Positions 19,170-28,786 of a stretch of DNA of 64,000 nt are shown one piece after another. The notes beneath the pieces were generated by a model. The model did no database searches and was not told where the DNA came from. It was given only the letters and a program-made list of their open reading frames with translations. How positions within the stretch are numbered: the stretch's first letter is position 1; each line of letters begins with the position of its first letter. The DNA is taken from IMG/VR virus record IMGVR_UViG_3300001530_000094; one strand, written 5' to 3'. Position numbers and translations under genes: made by a program. This stretch comes from a virus.

Positions 19170-19640
19170 ATTTTTCGTTCAATGTTTTAGCATTGAATAT
19201 TTAGGAAGAACTTTATTACATGTATATTCTTAGACGCATTCAAATAAGACATTTAAGAAAGTGGAAAGTTCATAGTTAGAATTGGGGTTGTTCTAATTTA
19301 TTTAGGGTTTGACTTCACAAAGCTCATTCACAAGATTATAGAAAGCGTTCATAACTCCTATAATTTATAAAAGGTGCTAATAGTCATCAGAATGAGTACC
19401 TGGCTGTAGTAGTTCTACAGAACTTTGGCCCATAGAATTAAGATAACTTCAGTTTATGGGGTGGCTCTAAGGAAATCATAACTTAGAGTGCGATAGATAT
19501 AATAAACTACTATACAGCAAGAATATTTATATTATGCGCAGGAAATATAAGTGTTCTTAGTAGATATCTATTTCGGTCAGAGATAATTCATAAACTCTGA
19601 TAAGGTGGTTTTAAATAGTTGTACCCATTAAACAACTATA
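19170..19640 (+). ncRNA. Candidate large structured non-coding RNA upstream of tRNA-Thr
   Basis: No ORF; dense hairpins: TTCAATG/CATTGAA, TTAGAA/TTCTAA, CTGTAG/CTACAG, CCCATA/TATGGG, CTCTAAG/CTTAGAG, TCAGAG/CTCTGA, ATAGTTGT/ACAACTAT. Confidence 0.5.
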
Positions 19641-19643
19641 TAT

Positions 19644-19718
19644 GCTTCCTTAGTATAATGGTTATTACTACTGACTTGTAATCAGTGAATGTTTGTTCGA
19701 TTCAAACAGGAAGCTCCA
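19644..19718 (+). tRNA. tRNA-Thr(UGU) with encoded CCA
   Basis: GCTTCCT/AGGAAGC acceptor, ACTGA-CTTGTAA-TCAGT anticodon arm, GTTTG-TTCGATT-CAAAC T arm, TCCA end. Confidence 0.95.
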
Positions 19719-19817
19719 GCTGGTCCATCACCAGCTACAATAAATCCATCAGACTCTTTAAATAGAGTCACACTGAAGGTTTATAGCTGTACCTATCCCA
19801 GAAACAGCTAATTATTT

Positions 19818-19896
19818 CAGGAGACAGTGTAGAGTGCACGTCAGTAATCCCACGGAGGACGAGATAGTGTTGGTTTAAATCCAACTCTCCTGACCA
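19818..19896 (+). ncRNA. tRNA-like element with encoded CCA and non-canonical core
   Basis: CAGGAGA/TCTCCTG acceptor plus A-CCA; GTTGG-TTTAAAT-CCAAC T-arm-like; GTG/CAC D-arm-like; no canonical 7-nt anticodon loop could be fitted. Confidence 0.5.
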
Positions 19897-19927
19897 TCAG
19901 GCCACAGCTCTTTGGTCTGTTTACTTC

Positions 19928-19968
19928 TATTTTAAGTTAGCTGATATCTTAAAATAGTAGCTAAAAAT
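19928..19968 (+). ncRNA. H-type pseudoknot candidate
   Basis: CTATTTTAAG-TTAGCTGATAT-CTTAAAATAG-T-AGCTAA: 10-bp stem whose loop TTAGCT complements AGCTAA just 3' of the stem. Confidence 0.6.
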
Positions 19969-19974
19969 CAGAAT

Positions 19975-20115
19975 TAGGGTACCTTCTCATACAAAGGTCA
20001 CAGTGTATGACAAATCAATTAGTAATTAAGTGGAATCCAGTTGACTACGAGGATGAAACGAAAAGAATAGAGTTTGAGATAAAGTTGACGTAGTCTAAAA
20101 AGGTACTTTATGAAA
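19975..20115 (+). ncRNA. Structured RNA candidate
   Basis: Enclosing GGTACCTT/AAGGTACT helix with internal TCATACA/TGTATGA and GACTACG/CGTAGTC helices. Confidence 0.5.
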
Positions 20116-20163
20116 ACTTAGGTTAGTTTTATTCTAATTGTTCTTTAACTAACCAGTGCACAC

Positions 20164-20226
20164 AGCGGTATAGCTTAATGGTAGAGCAGAGGTAATCTAG
20201 ATGGAGGTTCGATTCCTTCTACCGTT
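20164..20226 (+). pseudogene. tRNA-like element with intact acceptor, D and T arms and truncated anticodon arm
   Basis: AGCGGTA/TACCGTT, GCTT-AATGGTAG-AGC, GGAGG-TTCGATT-CCTTC; only 15 nt between D and T arms. Confidence 0.5.
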
Positions 20227-20390
20227 GCTGAACAGGACAGTTTTAAAACCACTTGGAAGGAAAACCAAGCACAAACCCTCGGAGAAGATTAGTACTATTC
20301 CGCCTAAGTAAAAGTAGGGGAGGACTAGTACATAATTCTCTCTATAATTCTTTTAAGTCATCGTTATCTGATGATGAAAATAATCCTATG

Positions 20391-20417
20391 AGAGCGGGAG
20401 CTACATCCGCTCTTTAT
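20391..20417 (+). terminator. Intrinsic terminator-like hairpin before terminase
   Basis: AGAGCGG-gagctacat-CCGCTCT-TTATTT. Confidence 0.55.
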
Positions 20418-20483
20418 TTATGTCATTTTAAAACTTGTTATAAATTATATTAAGAGTAGAAAATTCATAGGAGGTTTGTAGTA

Positions 20484-22441
20484 ATGTCGAGTTCAGTTCA
20501 AGCTACATATAGTGTGCAAATAGAGCAATCTATTCAAGACACTATTAATTACATAACTAAGACTAAAAGTATGACTTTAAAGAAAAATAAAAAGAAGAAA
20601 AAGAAAAAACAAACTGAAGAACAGTTTAAAAGAGAACATGCTTTAGATAAAGTAGTGAATAATTTACTACAGATGAAAGAAGGAGAGAGAAAAGCTCAAT
20701 TAGTGAGACCTATAATACCTATTAGAGAATGGTTAGGAAACGAGTATTATTGTGGTTCAGAAGTATTTAATTTATATCCTTTTTGGAAAGAACACTTGAT
20801 AAGAATATATGAATCTCCAGTCTTAATAAATGAAATAATTCTTACTGGAGGTCTAGGAACTGGTAAAACAACTTTTGCAAATGCTGTTATACTAAGAAAA
20901 ATATATGAACTCAGTTGTTACATGAATGTGCCAGCTTTATTTAATCTTTTACCAACATCTTTGATGTTATTTGCATATTTCAATTTAAACTTAGAGCAAG
21001 CCAATTTAACAGGTTATGGACAACTTAAAAATATGATTGATACTTCTAAATATTTTCAAGAAATATTTCCTAGAAATCAAAAAATTAATTCATCTATTGA
21101 TTTTACTCAAGCTAATATGATGGTAAGATTTGCTTCTAATGAGTCTCACATTATAGGAACTAACTTATTTGGAGCAATACTAGATGAAGCTAACTTCTAT
21201 AAAGGAGATGGTCAATCTACTACAGAAAAAGCAGGAGAAGCACAATCTCAAGCAAGACAAATTTATACAGCTATAAGAAATAGACGGAAAATCCAGATTT
21301 ACTAGCTCTGGAGAAAATAATTCTCTTTCTATATTAGTATCTTCTACTATGTATGACTCTTCATTCACTAATGAAAGAATTAAACTAACTGAAGAAGACC
21401 CTCACACTTATGTAATCAATGCAAGAGTATGGGATGTAAAACCTAAAGGAACTTTTCCAGAAGAAAGATTTTATGTATTTGCTGGAAATTCAGAATTAGA
21501 CCCATTTATTATTACTAATCAAAAAGAAATGCAAGATGTTTATAATTCTTTTTATTTAGATTTAAAAGCTTCTGGAAATATAAAAGAAGATATAGCAAAA
21601 ATTCCTTCACAATTTCAAGATAGAGTAGTTGCACTACCAATAAATTACAGAAAAGATTTTGAAACTAATATTATTAAATCTTTACAAGATATTGCTGGTA
21701 CTTCAGTAGCTCCAGAAGGTAGACTATTTAGTAGTAGAGTACACTATAAAAATTGTATCTATTCAGAAACAAATCCAGTATTTACTAAAGATGAGATAGT
21801 TATATCTACTGCATCAGATATACTACCTCAAGACTATGTGAGAAAGGACTATGTGCCAGACCAACCTAATAAGAAAAGATACATACACTTTGACCAGTCT
21901 TTATCTGGAGATAGTTATGGAATTGCATGTACCTATGTAGATGATGTAATTACTGATAGTAGCGGATTATTATTACTTTTCTTAAAAGTAGAATGGATGT
22001 TAAGAATAAATCCACCTAAACCACCAGCTAAAATAGATTTAGCAAAAGTTAGAACTATAATTAAATATTTTGAAGAAGTTCATGGAATTACTTGGGGAAC
22101 AATTTCATACGATACATTTCAGTCTGCAGAAGCTATGCAAGAGTTAGAAAAGTCAGGCTACAATGTTCAAGCTCGTTCTGTAGATAAAACTGATGAAGCT
22201 TATTTGACTTTATGTCAATACATATATGATGGAAGAATAGAATTTCCTAGGCATCCTGTATTTGAAGAAGAACTTTTTGGTTTAATGCACTATAGGTCTA
22301 GACATAAAGTAGACCACTTACCTGGAAAGTCTAAAGACGTTCGGAGATGGTGTAGCCGGTTCTATAATGAATGCAATAGAAGATCCTAATAATATTATAG
22401 ATGCTCAAATGGAAGGAGACTTAGAGTTGTTATTTACATAA
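20484..22441 (+). CDS. Terminase large subunit requiring +1 shifts at CGGA 21285-21288 and CGGA 22342-22345
   Basis: TGGLGTGKTTFANAVI, LFGAILDEANFY; joined products ...IYTAIRNR-[G]-KSRFTSSGENNSLSILVSSTMYDSS... and ...LPGKSKDV-[G]-DGVAGSIMNAIEDPNNIIDAQMEGDLELLFT*. Confidence 0.9.
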
Positions 22442-22481
22442 TATATTATAATAAGAGAATAAAAGAAAAAGAGGTGCAAAA

Positions 22482-24470
22482 ATGGCAAATAGATTTGGAA
22501 GAAGAAATAAAAAAGAAGATATAAAACCTGAAAATACTTCTCATACAGCTGAGTATTTATTAGAAAGTGACCAATCAGCTACAATTAATGGTCATCAAGC
22601 TTATAATTTCTTACAAGGTATAAGAAGTGTAGATGGCAATTACATAAACAATGATTTACTAATGGATAAGATGTGTCAGGATTCAGTCATATCTGCAGCT
22701 TTAGATATATGGACAGAAGATGCTCTTCAAAAAGACCCTTTTACTGGTGAAATGTTTATTGTAGATGTAGATACAGTAGAAGATGACCCTGTAGCTAAAA
22801 AACTTTCAGATGGTTTATCTAAAAGACTAAATCATTTATTGAAGAAAGATTTAAGAGCAGAAAAATATCTAGCTACTTGGTGTAAAAGAGTGTTAAAGTA
22901 TGGTAATTGTTATTTAAAATTAGATTTTGCAGATAAGTTAACTGATGAAAAACTTAAACTTAAAGAATCTGTATCTGATAAAGAAAGATTTGAAAAAATA
23001 GCTATTAAAACTATAGCTATGATGACTAACAATGAAGATTCTAAATTAGATTATGCTTTTGATAATCCTCAAAAAATGTTGCCTAAAGGGAAACTAAATG
23101 AAGCATATAAAGTAGATTATGAGTCTATGATGAGAAATAATATAAGTGTACCTAAAGAAGAAAAATTTACAACTGAAGTACTAAAAGAAGATGTTTTAAC
23201 TAGTAAACAGGAAGAAAAGACAGTTAGAGGTAGATGGTATACTGAAATTTTAGGACATGGAACTAATATTTATGAATTATCTAGTAAACAGAAAGTAGTT
23301 GCTTACATAGATAGAGATGCTCCTAATAAATTTATAAAACCTGACAATATAATAAATTTTGCTAATAATACAGGAAAACATAGAGTATCTTTTGAAGTTG
23401 GAGATGTATCTGATAAAGTAAATCAAAAAGAGTATTATTCTTTAGAAAGAGGAGAAGGTTTCTTAGAAAATGCTATGGTTGCGTGGCAAGTTCTTTCAGC
23501 CTTAGAAGATATTTTATTACTTACTAGAATGACTCGTTCTATACTATACAGAATATTTTCTATAGAGGTAGGTAACAAAGGAAATAAAGAAACAGCTCAG
23601 ATTCTAGATAGATTAAAAAATAGATTAAAAATGGAAGAAACTATAGATATAAGAAGTAGAATATATAATAGTACTTTAACTCAAGTTCCTTTAGCTGATT
23701 CAGTATTTATTCCAACACATAATGGTGTAGGTGTAACTGATGTTAAAACTGTTGGAGGAGATGTAAATCTTAGAGATGCTATAGATTTAGACTATTTTAG
23801 AGACAAATTACATTCAGCTTTAAGAATCCCAGCTCCATACCTATCATACACAGAATCTTTACCTGGAGGAATAGGAGATAGTTCTTTAACTAGAATGGAC
23901 ATTAGATATTCTAGAACAGTTGCTAGAATTAAAGCAATTTTAGCAGAAGGACTAAAAGATATTTGTATAAGATATTTACAGTTAACTATAGGAGATAGAG
24001 CTTTCGAAGAATTACCTGATTTTAGAATTAAGTTTGCTAGCACTAACTCAGCAGAAGATATATCTAGAGCTAATTTACAACAAACTTTTATGGAGACATT
24101 ACAAAAGTCTTTAAACACATTGAAAGAATTAGGTATAGATATAGCTACAAATCCAGAAGGATATAAGAAGACTAGAGAAACTTTAATTAATGAATATTTT
24201 GGTAATACTTTAGCTGAAGCTATAAAAGCAGATGAAAGACTTACTTCAGTAACAGCTCCTACAGAGTTAGCAAATGATAAAACTGGAGGAAATAGTGGAC
24301 CTTCTGATATGGGACCAGACACAGAGATAAACATAGACAGTGGACCTAGCGGAATGGGACCAGAAGCTCCAGAAGAAGGAGAAATACCTGAAGAAGATTT
24401 AGATAATGTAGAAGTAGGACCAGAGACTGGACCAGCTCCAGACACAGAAACAACTAATGAATTATCTTAG
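22482..24470 (+). CDS. Portal protein
   Basis: Size and position after terminase; T4-like portal features (DKMCQDSVISAALDIWTEDALQKDP; AMVAWQVLSALEDILLLTRMTRSILYRIFSIEVGN). Confidence 0.82.
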   Translation: MANRFGRRNKKEDIKPENTSHTAEYLLESDQSATINGHQAYNFLQGIRSVDGNYINNDLLMDKMCQDSVISAALDIWTEDALQKDPFTGEMFIVDVDTVEDDPVAKKLSDGLSKRLNHLLKKDLRAEKYLATWCKRVLKYGNCYLKLDFADKLTDEKLKLKESVSDKERFEKIAIKTIAMMTNNEDSKLDYAFDNPQKMLPKGKLNEAYKVDYESMMRNNISVPKEEKFTTEVLKEDVLTSKQEEKTVRGRWYTEILGHGTNIYELSSKQKVVAYIDRDAPNKFIKPDNIINFANNTGKHRVSFEVGDVSDKVNQKEYYSLERGEGFLENAMVAWQVLSALEDILLLTRMTRSILYRIFSIEVGNKGNKETAQILDRLKNRLKMEETIDIRSRIYNSTLTQVPLADSVFIPTHNGVGVTDVKTVGGDVNLRDAIDLDYFRDKLHSALRIPAPYLSYTESLPGGIGDSSLTRMDIRYSRTVARIKAILAEGLKDICIRYLQLTIGDRAFEELPDFRIKFASTNSAEDISRANLQQTFMETLQKSLNTLKELGIDIATNPEGYKKTRETLINEYFGNTLAEAIKADERLTSVTAPTELANDKTGGNSGPSDMGPDTEINIDSGPSGMGPEAPEEGEIPEEDLDNVEVGPETGPAPDTETTNELS

Positions 24471-24481
24471 GAGGATAGCTT

Positions 24482-24691
24482 ATGGATATTCCAAGTTATG
24501 AAGAAACTTTATGTCCATGCTGTAAAAATAGAGAAATTTGTAATCATAATAAGTATACAGAAAAAATTAGACATACTACAGATTTTACAGGAGACATGAA
24601 AGTGTCTAAGTGTAAATACTATGTATATAATAAGGAGAGACAAAATGAAATTAATAGAAGAGAAAGTATTTTCTTTATTGGACAAGACTGA
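24482..24691 (+). CDS. Small Cys-rich hypothetical protein
   Basis: YEETLCPCCKNREICNHN. Confidence 0.5.
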   Translation: MDIPSYEETLCPCCKNREICNHNKYTEKIRHTTDFTGDMKVSKCKYYVYNKERQNEINRRESIFFIGQD

Positions 24692-25496
24692 AAGAGAGAC
24701 TCCTAAATTAGCAGGTAGAGCAGATTTTATCTATCCTAAATATATAGGACTAAGTAAGAAAGGAATTTTTCATTTTAAAACTAATTCTCAGAGTAGACCA
24801 GGATATTCTTGGTATCAAACTATAGAGATTAAAAATATGAGAACTTTAGCTCTTACTACAGATGAAATTACTGCTGATACAATAAAGAGATGGTTTGAAA
24901 TAGCAGATGTAAATATATATTGTTCTGATGAATCATATTTGTATTACGCATTTCAATATATGGGAACTCAAAGAGATTACAATGACCCAGAACAACCAGA
25001 AACTAGAGCTCCTAAAAGAAACAATACTAAATTAGCAGGTGGTCTTTGTAAACACTTAGTTTCTATAATAGAACACTTGCAAATAGGTGAGTTTTATGAA
25101 CAAATGGCAAAAGATGTTAATAACTGGAAACAGTACACATTAGGAAATGCATATAGGTCATTTAATAGAGGAAGAAATATGGGACAATATAACAAAAGAG
25201 AGAAAGAAATTGACTGGAAGAAGATTGATAGCTTTGTTGATGAGGCTCTTTGGGCAAGACATAATTTTGCTCAGTTCTTACGTTCAAACAATATAAAGAA
25301 AGATATGTATGCGGAGATAAATAGACTACAACAAGCTGGAGAAGATATGACTCTAGATGATTTCTTAGAAGATGAGTTCGGACTTACTCTTCAAGATTTA
25401 GCATCAGAAATAGGGGTAGAAGAAAAAGCTTTAGATGATTATTTTAAACAAACATACGGATTAACAAATACACAGGGTATAGGAAATTTAAGTTAA
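24621..25496 (+). CDS. Hypothetical protein in structural region
   Basis: ORF; conserved-looking GGLCKHLVSIIEHL. Confidence 0.6.
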   Translation: MYIIRRDKMKLIEEKVFSLLDKTERETPKLAGRADFIYPKYIGLSKKGIFHFKTNSQSRPGYSWYQTIEIKNMRTLALTTDEITADTIKRWFEIADVNIYCSDESYLYYAFQYMGTQRDYNDPEQPETRAPKRNNTKLAGGLCKHLVSIIEHLQIGEFYEQMAKDVNNWKQYTLGNAYRSFNRGRNMGQYNKREKEIDWKKIDSFVDEALWARHNFAQFLRSNNIKKDMYAEINRLQQAGEDMTLDDFLEDEFGLTLQDLASEIGVEEKALDDYFKQTYGLTNTQGIGNLS

Positions 25497-25511
25497 AGGA
25501 GGTAGACATAA

Positions 25512-26426
25512 ATGCCATTATTTACTAATTATGGAAAACCTAAAGGACTTATAGTAAATTTCATGAAAGATATAGAACAAAGATATATACCAGCTCTCAA
25601 CCAGCAGCTAGATACAAATATAAATAACTATCCATCTCTTACTAGAGAGACTTATGCGGTATATCAAGATGAAGAACAAGGAGTGTCAATAGAAATATCT
25701 AGTAATCATAGAGATATAGAAAATAGAGGAGACTTATTCGTAGCTGTATCTTATGATGGAATGAAAGAAGATGCTGGTATAATAGATTTAGACAATTTAC
25801 AAGATGCTGTAAATATCACTCAATATTCTCTTCAAGAATTAGGCTTTAAAACACCTGAAGATAAGAAAAATGATGAAGCTGATGCAGAAGCTAAAGCAAT
25901 GCAAGATAAAATAAACAAAGACTTAGAGGATAGAAAGAAAGCTGAAAGAAGAGATGAAATACTAAGACAAGCAGAAGAAAGAAATCGAGGGACAGAAAAC
26001 CAGTCTGACATAGAGACAGAACCTGAAGAAGACAATTATGAAGAAGAAAAAGATGAGTATGTTTCAGAGTTAAACAAAAAACTAACTTTTTTAAGTAAAG
26101 AAGCAGAAGGTGCTGTTGCAGAATTAGAATGGCTTACTCTTCCTGATAATATTCAAGGAAATTCTGCTGAATTTATACATATAGAGATGAATTTTACTCA
26201 TGTGTCTGGTGAAAACTTTTTAATAGAAACTAAAAGAATAAATCCTAAAATACAGACTATTTGTAATATTCAAGATTGTATTGGATATGCAAATAAAGTG
26301 TCTGACAAACTTAAAGTAACTCCAACTATTATAATGAAGGATGAAAGAGGAAGAGATTTAGAACTTCCTAAGAATATGAAGGAACCTGAGGATGACTCAG
26401 ATGATGATTTTTCAATTAATATATAA
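25512..26426 (+). CDS. Hypothetical structural-region protein
   Basis: ORF with RBS aaaggagg. Confidence 0.6.
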   Translation: MPLFTNYGKPKGLIVNFMKDIEQRYIPALNQQLDTNINNYPSLTRETYAVYQDEEQGVSIEISSNHRDIENRGDLFVAVSYDGMKEDAGIIDLDNLQDAVNITQYSLQELGFKTPEDKKNDEADAEAKAMQDKINKDLEDRKKAERRDEILRQAEERNRGTENQSDIETEPEEDNYEEEKDEYVSELNKKLTFLSKEAEGAVAELEWLTLPDNIQGNSAEFIHIEMNFTHVSGENFLIETKRINPKIQTICNIQDCIGYANKVSDKLKVTPTIIMKDERGRDLELPKNMKEPEDDSDDDFSINI

Positions 26427-26494
26427 AATTTATTGTTTACTATTTAAAAGTGTCTTAGAATTTACTCTGAAAAATAGAAAGTAGGTGTAAAAGA

Positions 26495-27458
26495 TTGAAT
26501 AACATAGAAATTTATAAGCGGATTTCAAAACATAGCAGATAGAACTTTTCAAGAGTTCAGAAGAAAAATATATGATTATTTAAAATATACTTTGTCAACT
26601 GTTATGACTGAAGACGACTTAGATGTAGTTGTAAAGCTGATAACTGAGATTTTCGGTGATTTATACATGAGAACAGGATTAATGCCTTGGCAAATAGATA
26701 CAGCCAAGTGTCCAGAATCTCAACTAGAAGCTCTTAGTTATTTGATAGGGTATGATTGGAATCCTAATTTAACCGCAGACCAACAAAGAATGGGAATAGA
26801 CTTATATTGTTTAATTAGAAGAAATAGAGGTACTATTTTTGGACTAGAGAATTTAATTAGAACTTTCGGACAAACAGTGAAAGAATTTTATTCTAGTTCA
26901 GATTTAAGAGGTGTAGAAGTAATAGAGTATGGTTCTGGCGGTCCAGAGACTTTAGAGCCTAATATGTTTCCTGGAGATATAATAGTTAGAGCTCCAGATT
27001 TCTCTAGTATACTTAGAGATAGTATTTTCGATACTAAATTAGCTGGCACAAGATTATTCTTTGAGTATTATATTTTCTTAGGAATATTTCATTTATCTAT
27101 TACTACAGATTTTGGATGGGTAATAAGAATAACACCTGACATGTTAATACAAGGTTATGACCCTACAATAGATGAATTTGCAGCGGGTTGGAATGTAACT
27201 TTAGGGCAATTACTGGAGCATCAACTAACTCATGGAATTAGAGGAAATATTGCTAATAGTGTAACTAAAGTTGGACATAATCAAAACTCATTGCATGGAG
27301 AACATCATGGAAATTTAGTAGCTGGAATACAAGTATTAACTTACTATAAAGCTCCGTGGGTAAATGGATTTATTCTAAATGTTCCAGGGCTTACTAATTA
27401 TAGAGGATTTGTACAACCTACAGAACATATTGAAACTGAAGAAATACTTTACAAATAA
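26495..27458 (+). CDS. P2 gpI-like baseplate/tail protein requiring a +1 shift at CGGA 26519-26522
   Basis: TTG 26495 after RBS aggtg; MNNIEIYK-[G]-FQNIADRTFQEFRRKIYDYLKYTLSTVMTEDDLD...CPESQLEALSYLIGYDWN. Confidence 0.75.
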
Positions 27459-27485
27459 ATTACTAGTATAAATTTTAAAAAACTA

Positions 27486-27514
27486 TTTACAAACTTAAAA
27501 TAATATGATATAAT
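27486..27514 (+). promoter_or_regulatory. Sigma-70-like promoter, extended -10
   Basis: TTTACA-17-TATAAT. Confidence 0.8.
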
Positions 27515-27544
27515 TATAATAAGAACGAGGTTATTTTAAAGGAG

Positions 27545-27745
27545 GTGAAAAACATGGATGATAAAATTAGAGAATATATTTCAAATGAAATAATAAACAT
27601 AATGAACACATATAAAGATACAGACGTATCTTGGTCACACCTTTTAGAATTAATACATGAAGTAGTTACTGATTATGAAAATGCAACATCTCCTACAGTA
27701 CCATCAGACATTAAATCATTTTTAAATAATTGGACTACAGACTAA
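27545..27745 (+). CDS. Small hypothetical protein
   Basis: ORF with promoter. Confidence 0.5.
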   Translation: MKNMDDKIREYISNEIINIMNTYKDTDVSWSHLLELIHEVVTDYENATSPTVPSDIKSFLNNWTTD

Positions 27746-27841
27746 TAATAGAATTTTAAAAATTTTTTAAAAGAGTAGAGTAAAATCTACTCTTTTACAT
27801 AGTATAAATATAGAAATTTTATAGAAAGAAGGTAGAAATTT

Positions 27842-28387
27842 ATGGAAGAAAATTTAGATGTAAAACTTACAGGTTTTAATGGAGAAGAAGTATCTAAAGA
27901 GGAGTTTGTAGACCAGGTAGTAAATGCTATAAAAGAAGATATGGCTCCATCAGATAGAGAAACTCTAGAAGCAATTCCTTTAGTGGAAATAGACAATACA
28001 GAACAAGATATTACTGATACTTTATTAGAGAAATATACTGAGTTAGACTTAGAAATATCTAAAGTAGTTTTAGAACAAGAACAATATAGAAAAGAACATA
28101 AAGAAGTCTTTGATAAAATGAAAGAGTATGAAGACAAGATTGCAAAAATAGAGCAACAACAAGAAGCTGTTAAAGGTGACTTAAAGACTAAAATGAGAGA
28201 ATTGAATAAGAAAGAAATAATAGGCATAAGATTTACAGCAAAATACACAGCTCCATATACTAGAAAGAAATTTGATACAGACCAATTTTATAAAGATTAT
28301 GCAGAAGATACAGCTATGTATAAGAAATATGTAAGTACTACTAATGTATCTGAAAGTATTAAAATTTCTGAGACTAAGAAGAAATAG
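27842..28387 (+). CDS. Hypothetical coiled-coil protein
   Basis: ORF, RBS. Confidence 0.6.
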   Translation: MEENLDVKLTGFNGEEVSKEEFVDQVVNAIKEDMAPSDRETLEAIPLVEIDNTEQDITDTLLEKYTELDLEISKVVLEQEQYRKEHKEVFDKMKEYEDKIAKIEQQQEAVKGDLKTKMRELNKKEIIGIRFTAKYTAPYTRKKFDTDQFYKDYAEDTAMYKKYVSTTNVSESIKISETKKK

Positions 28388-28396
28388 GAGGATTTT

Positions 28397-28786
28397 ATGA
28401 AGAAGATAGTTACAGATAATACTACAATTTTTGTAAATCATATTAAATTTATACGAATTATGGAAGCTGGAGTAAGTCAAACTAAAGAGAAAAGATATAC
28501 AGTAACAGCAGTTTTAGAAGATTGTACTGATATAGATATTGATAATATAAATTGCATAATATTAAATTATGATGAAAACGGAGAGTTACAGAAAACTAGA
28601 GAAGAAGCTCAATTATTTAAAGATTTTTTAGAAAGAAAACTAGATAATCAATGGGAGACTATATTTACTTTAGATGTATTAAAAGAAGTAAATGACTATA
28701 TAAACTATAGTAAACAAGAGCATAAATCTACGATGGTAGATATTAGTAAATTAAAATTAAATGAAAAAGGAGAAGTTGTACGATGA
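28397..28786 (+). CDS. Hypothetical protein
   Basis: ORF, RBS. Confidence 0.6.
   Translation: MKKIVTDNTTIFVNHIKFIRIMEAGVSQTKEKRYTVTAVLEDCTDIDIDNINCIILNYDENGELQKTREEAQLFKDFLERKLDNQWETIFTLDVLKEVNDYINYSKQEHKSTMVDISKLKLNEKGEVVR

Noticed and set aside
20253-20453. 66-aa ORF in the RNA locus
   Set aside because: TTG start without a clear RBS, overlaps a terminator-like hairpin and composition is unlike neighbouring genes; likely non-coding.
19140-20483. rRNA, tmRNA or RNase P RNA in the RNA locus
   Set aside because: I could not match hallmark sequences of these RNAs by eye; family-level assignment needs a covariance-model search.
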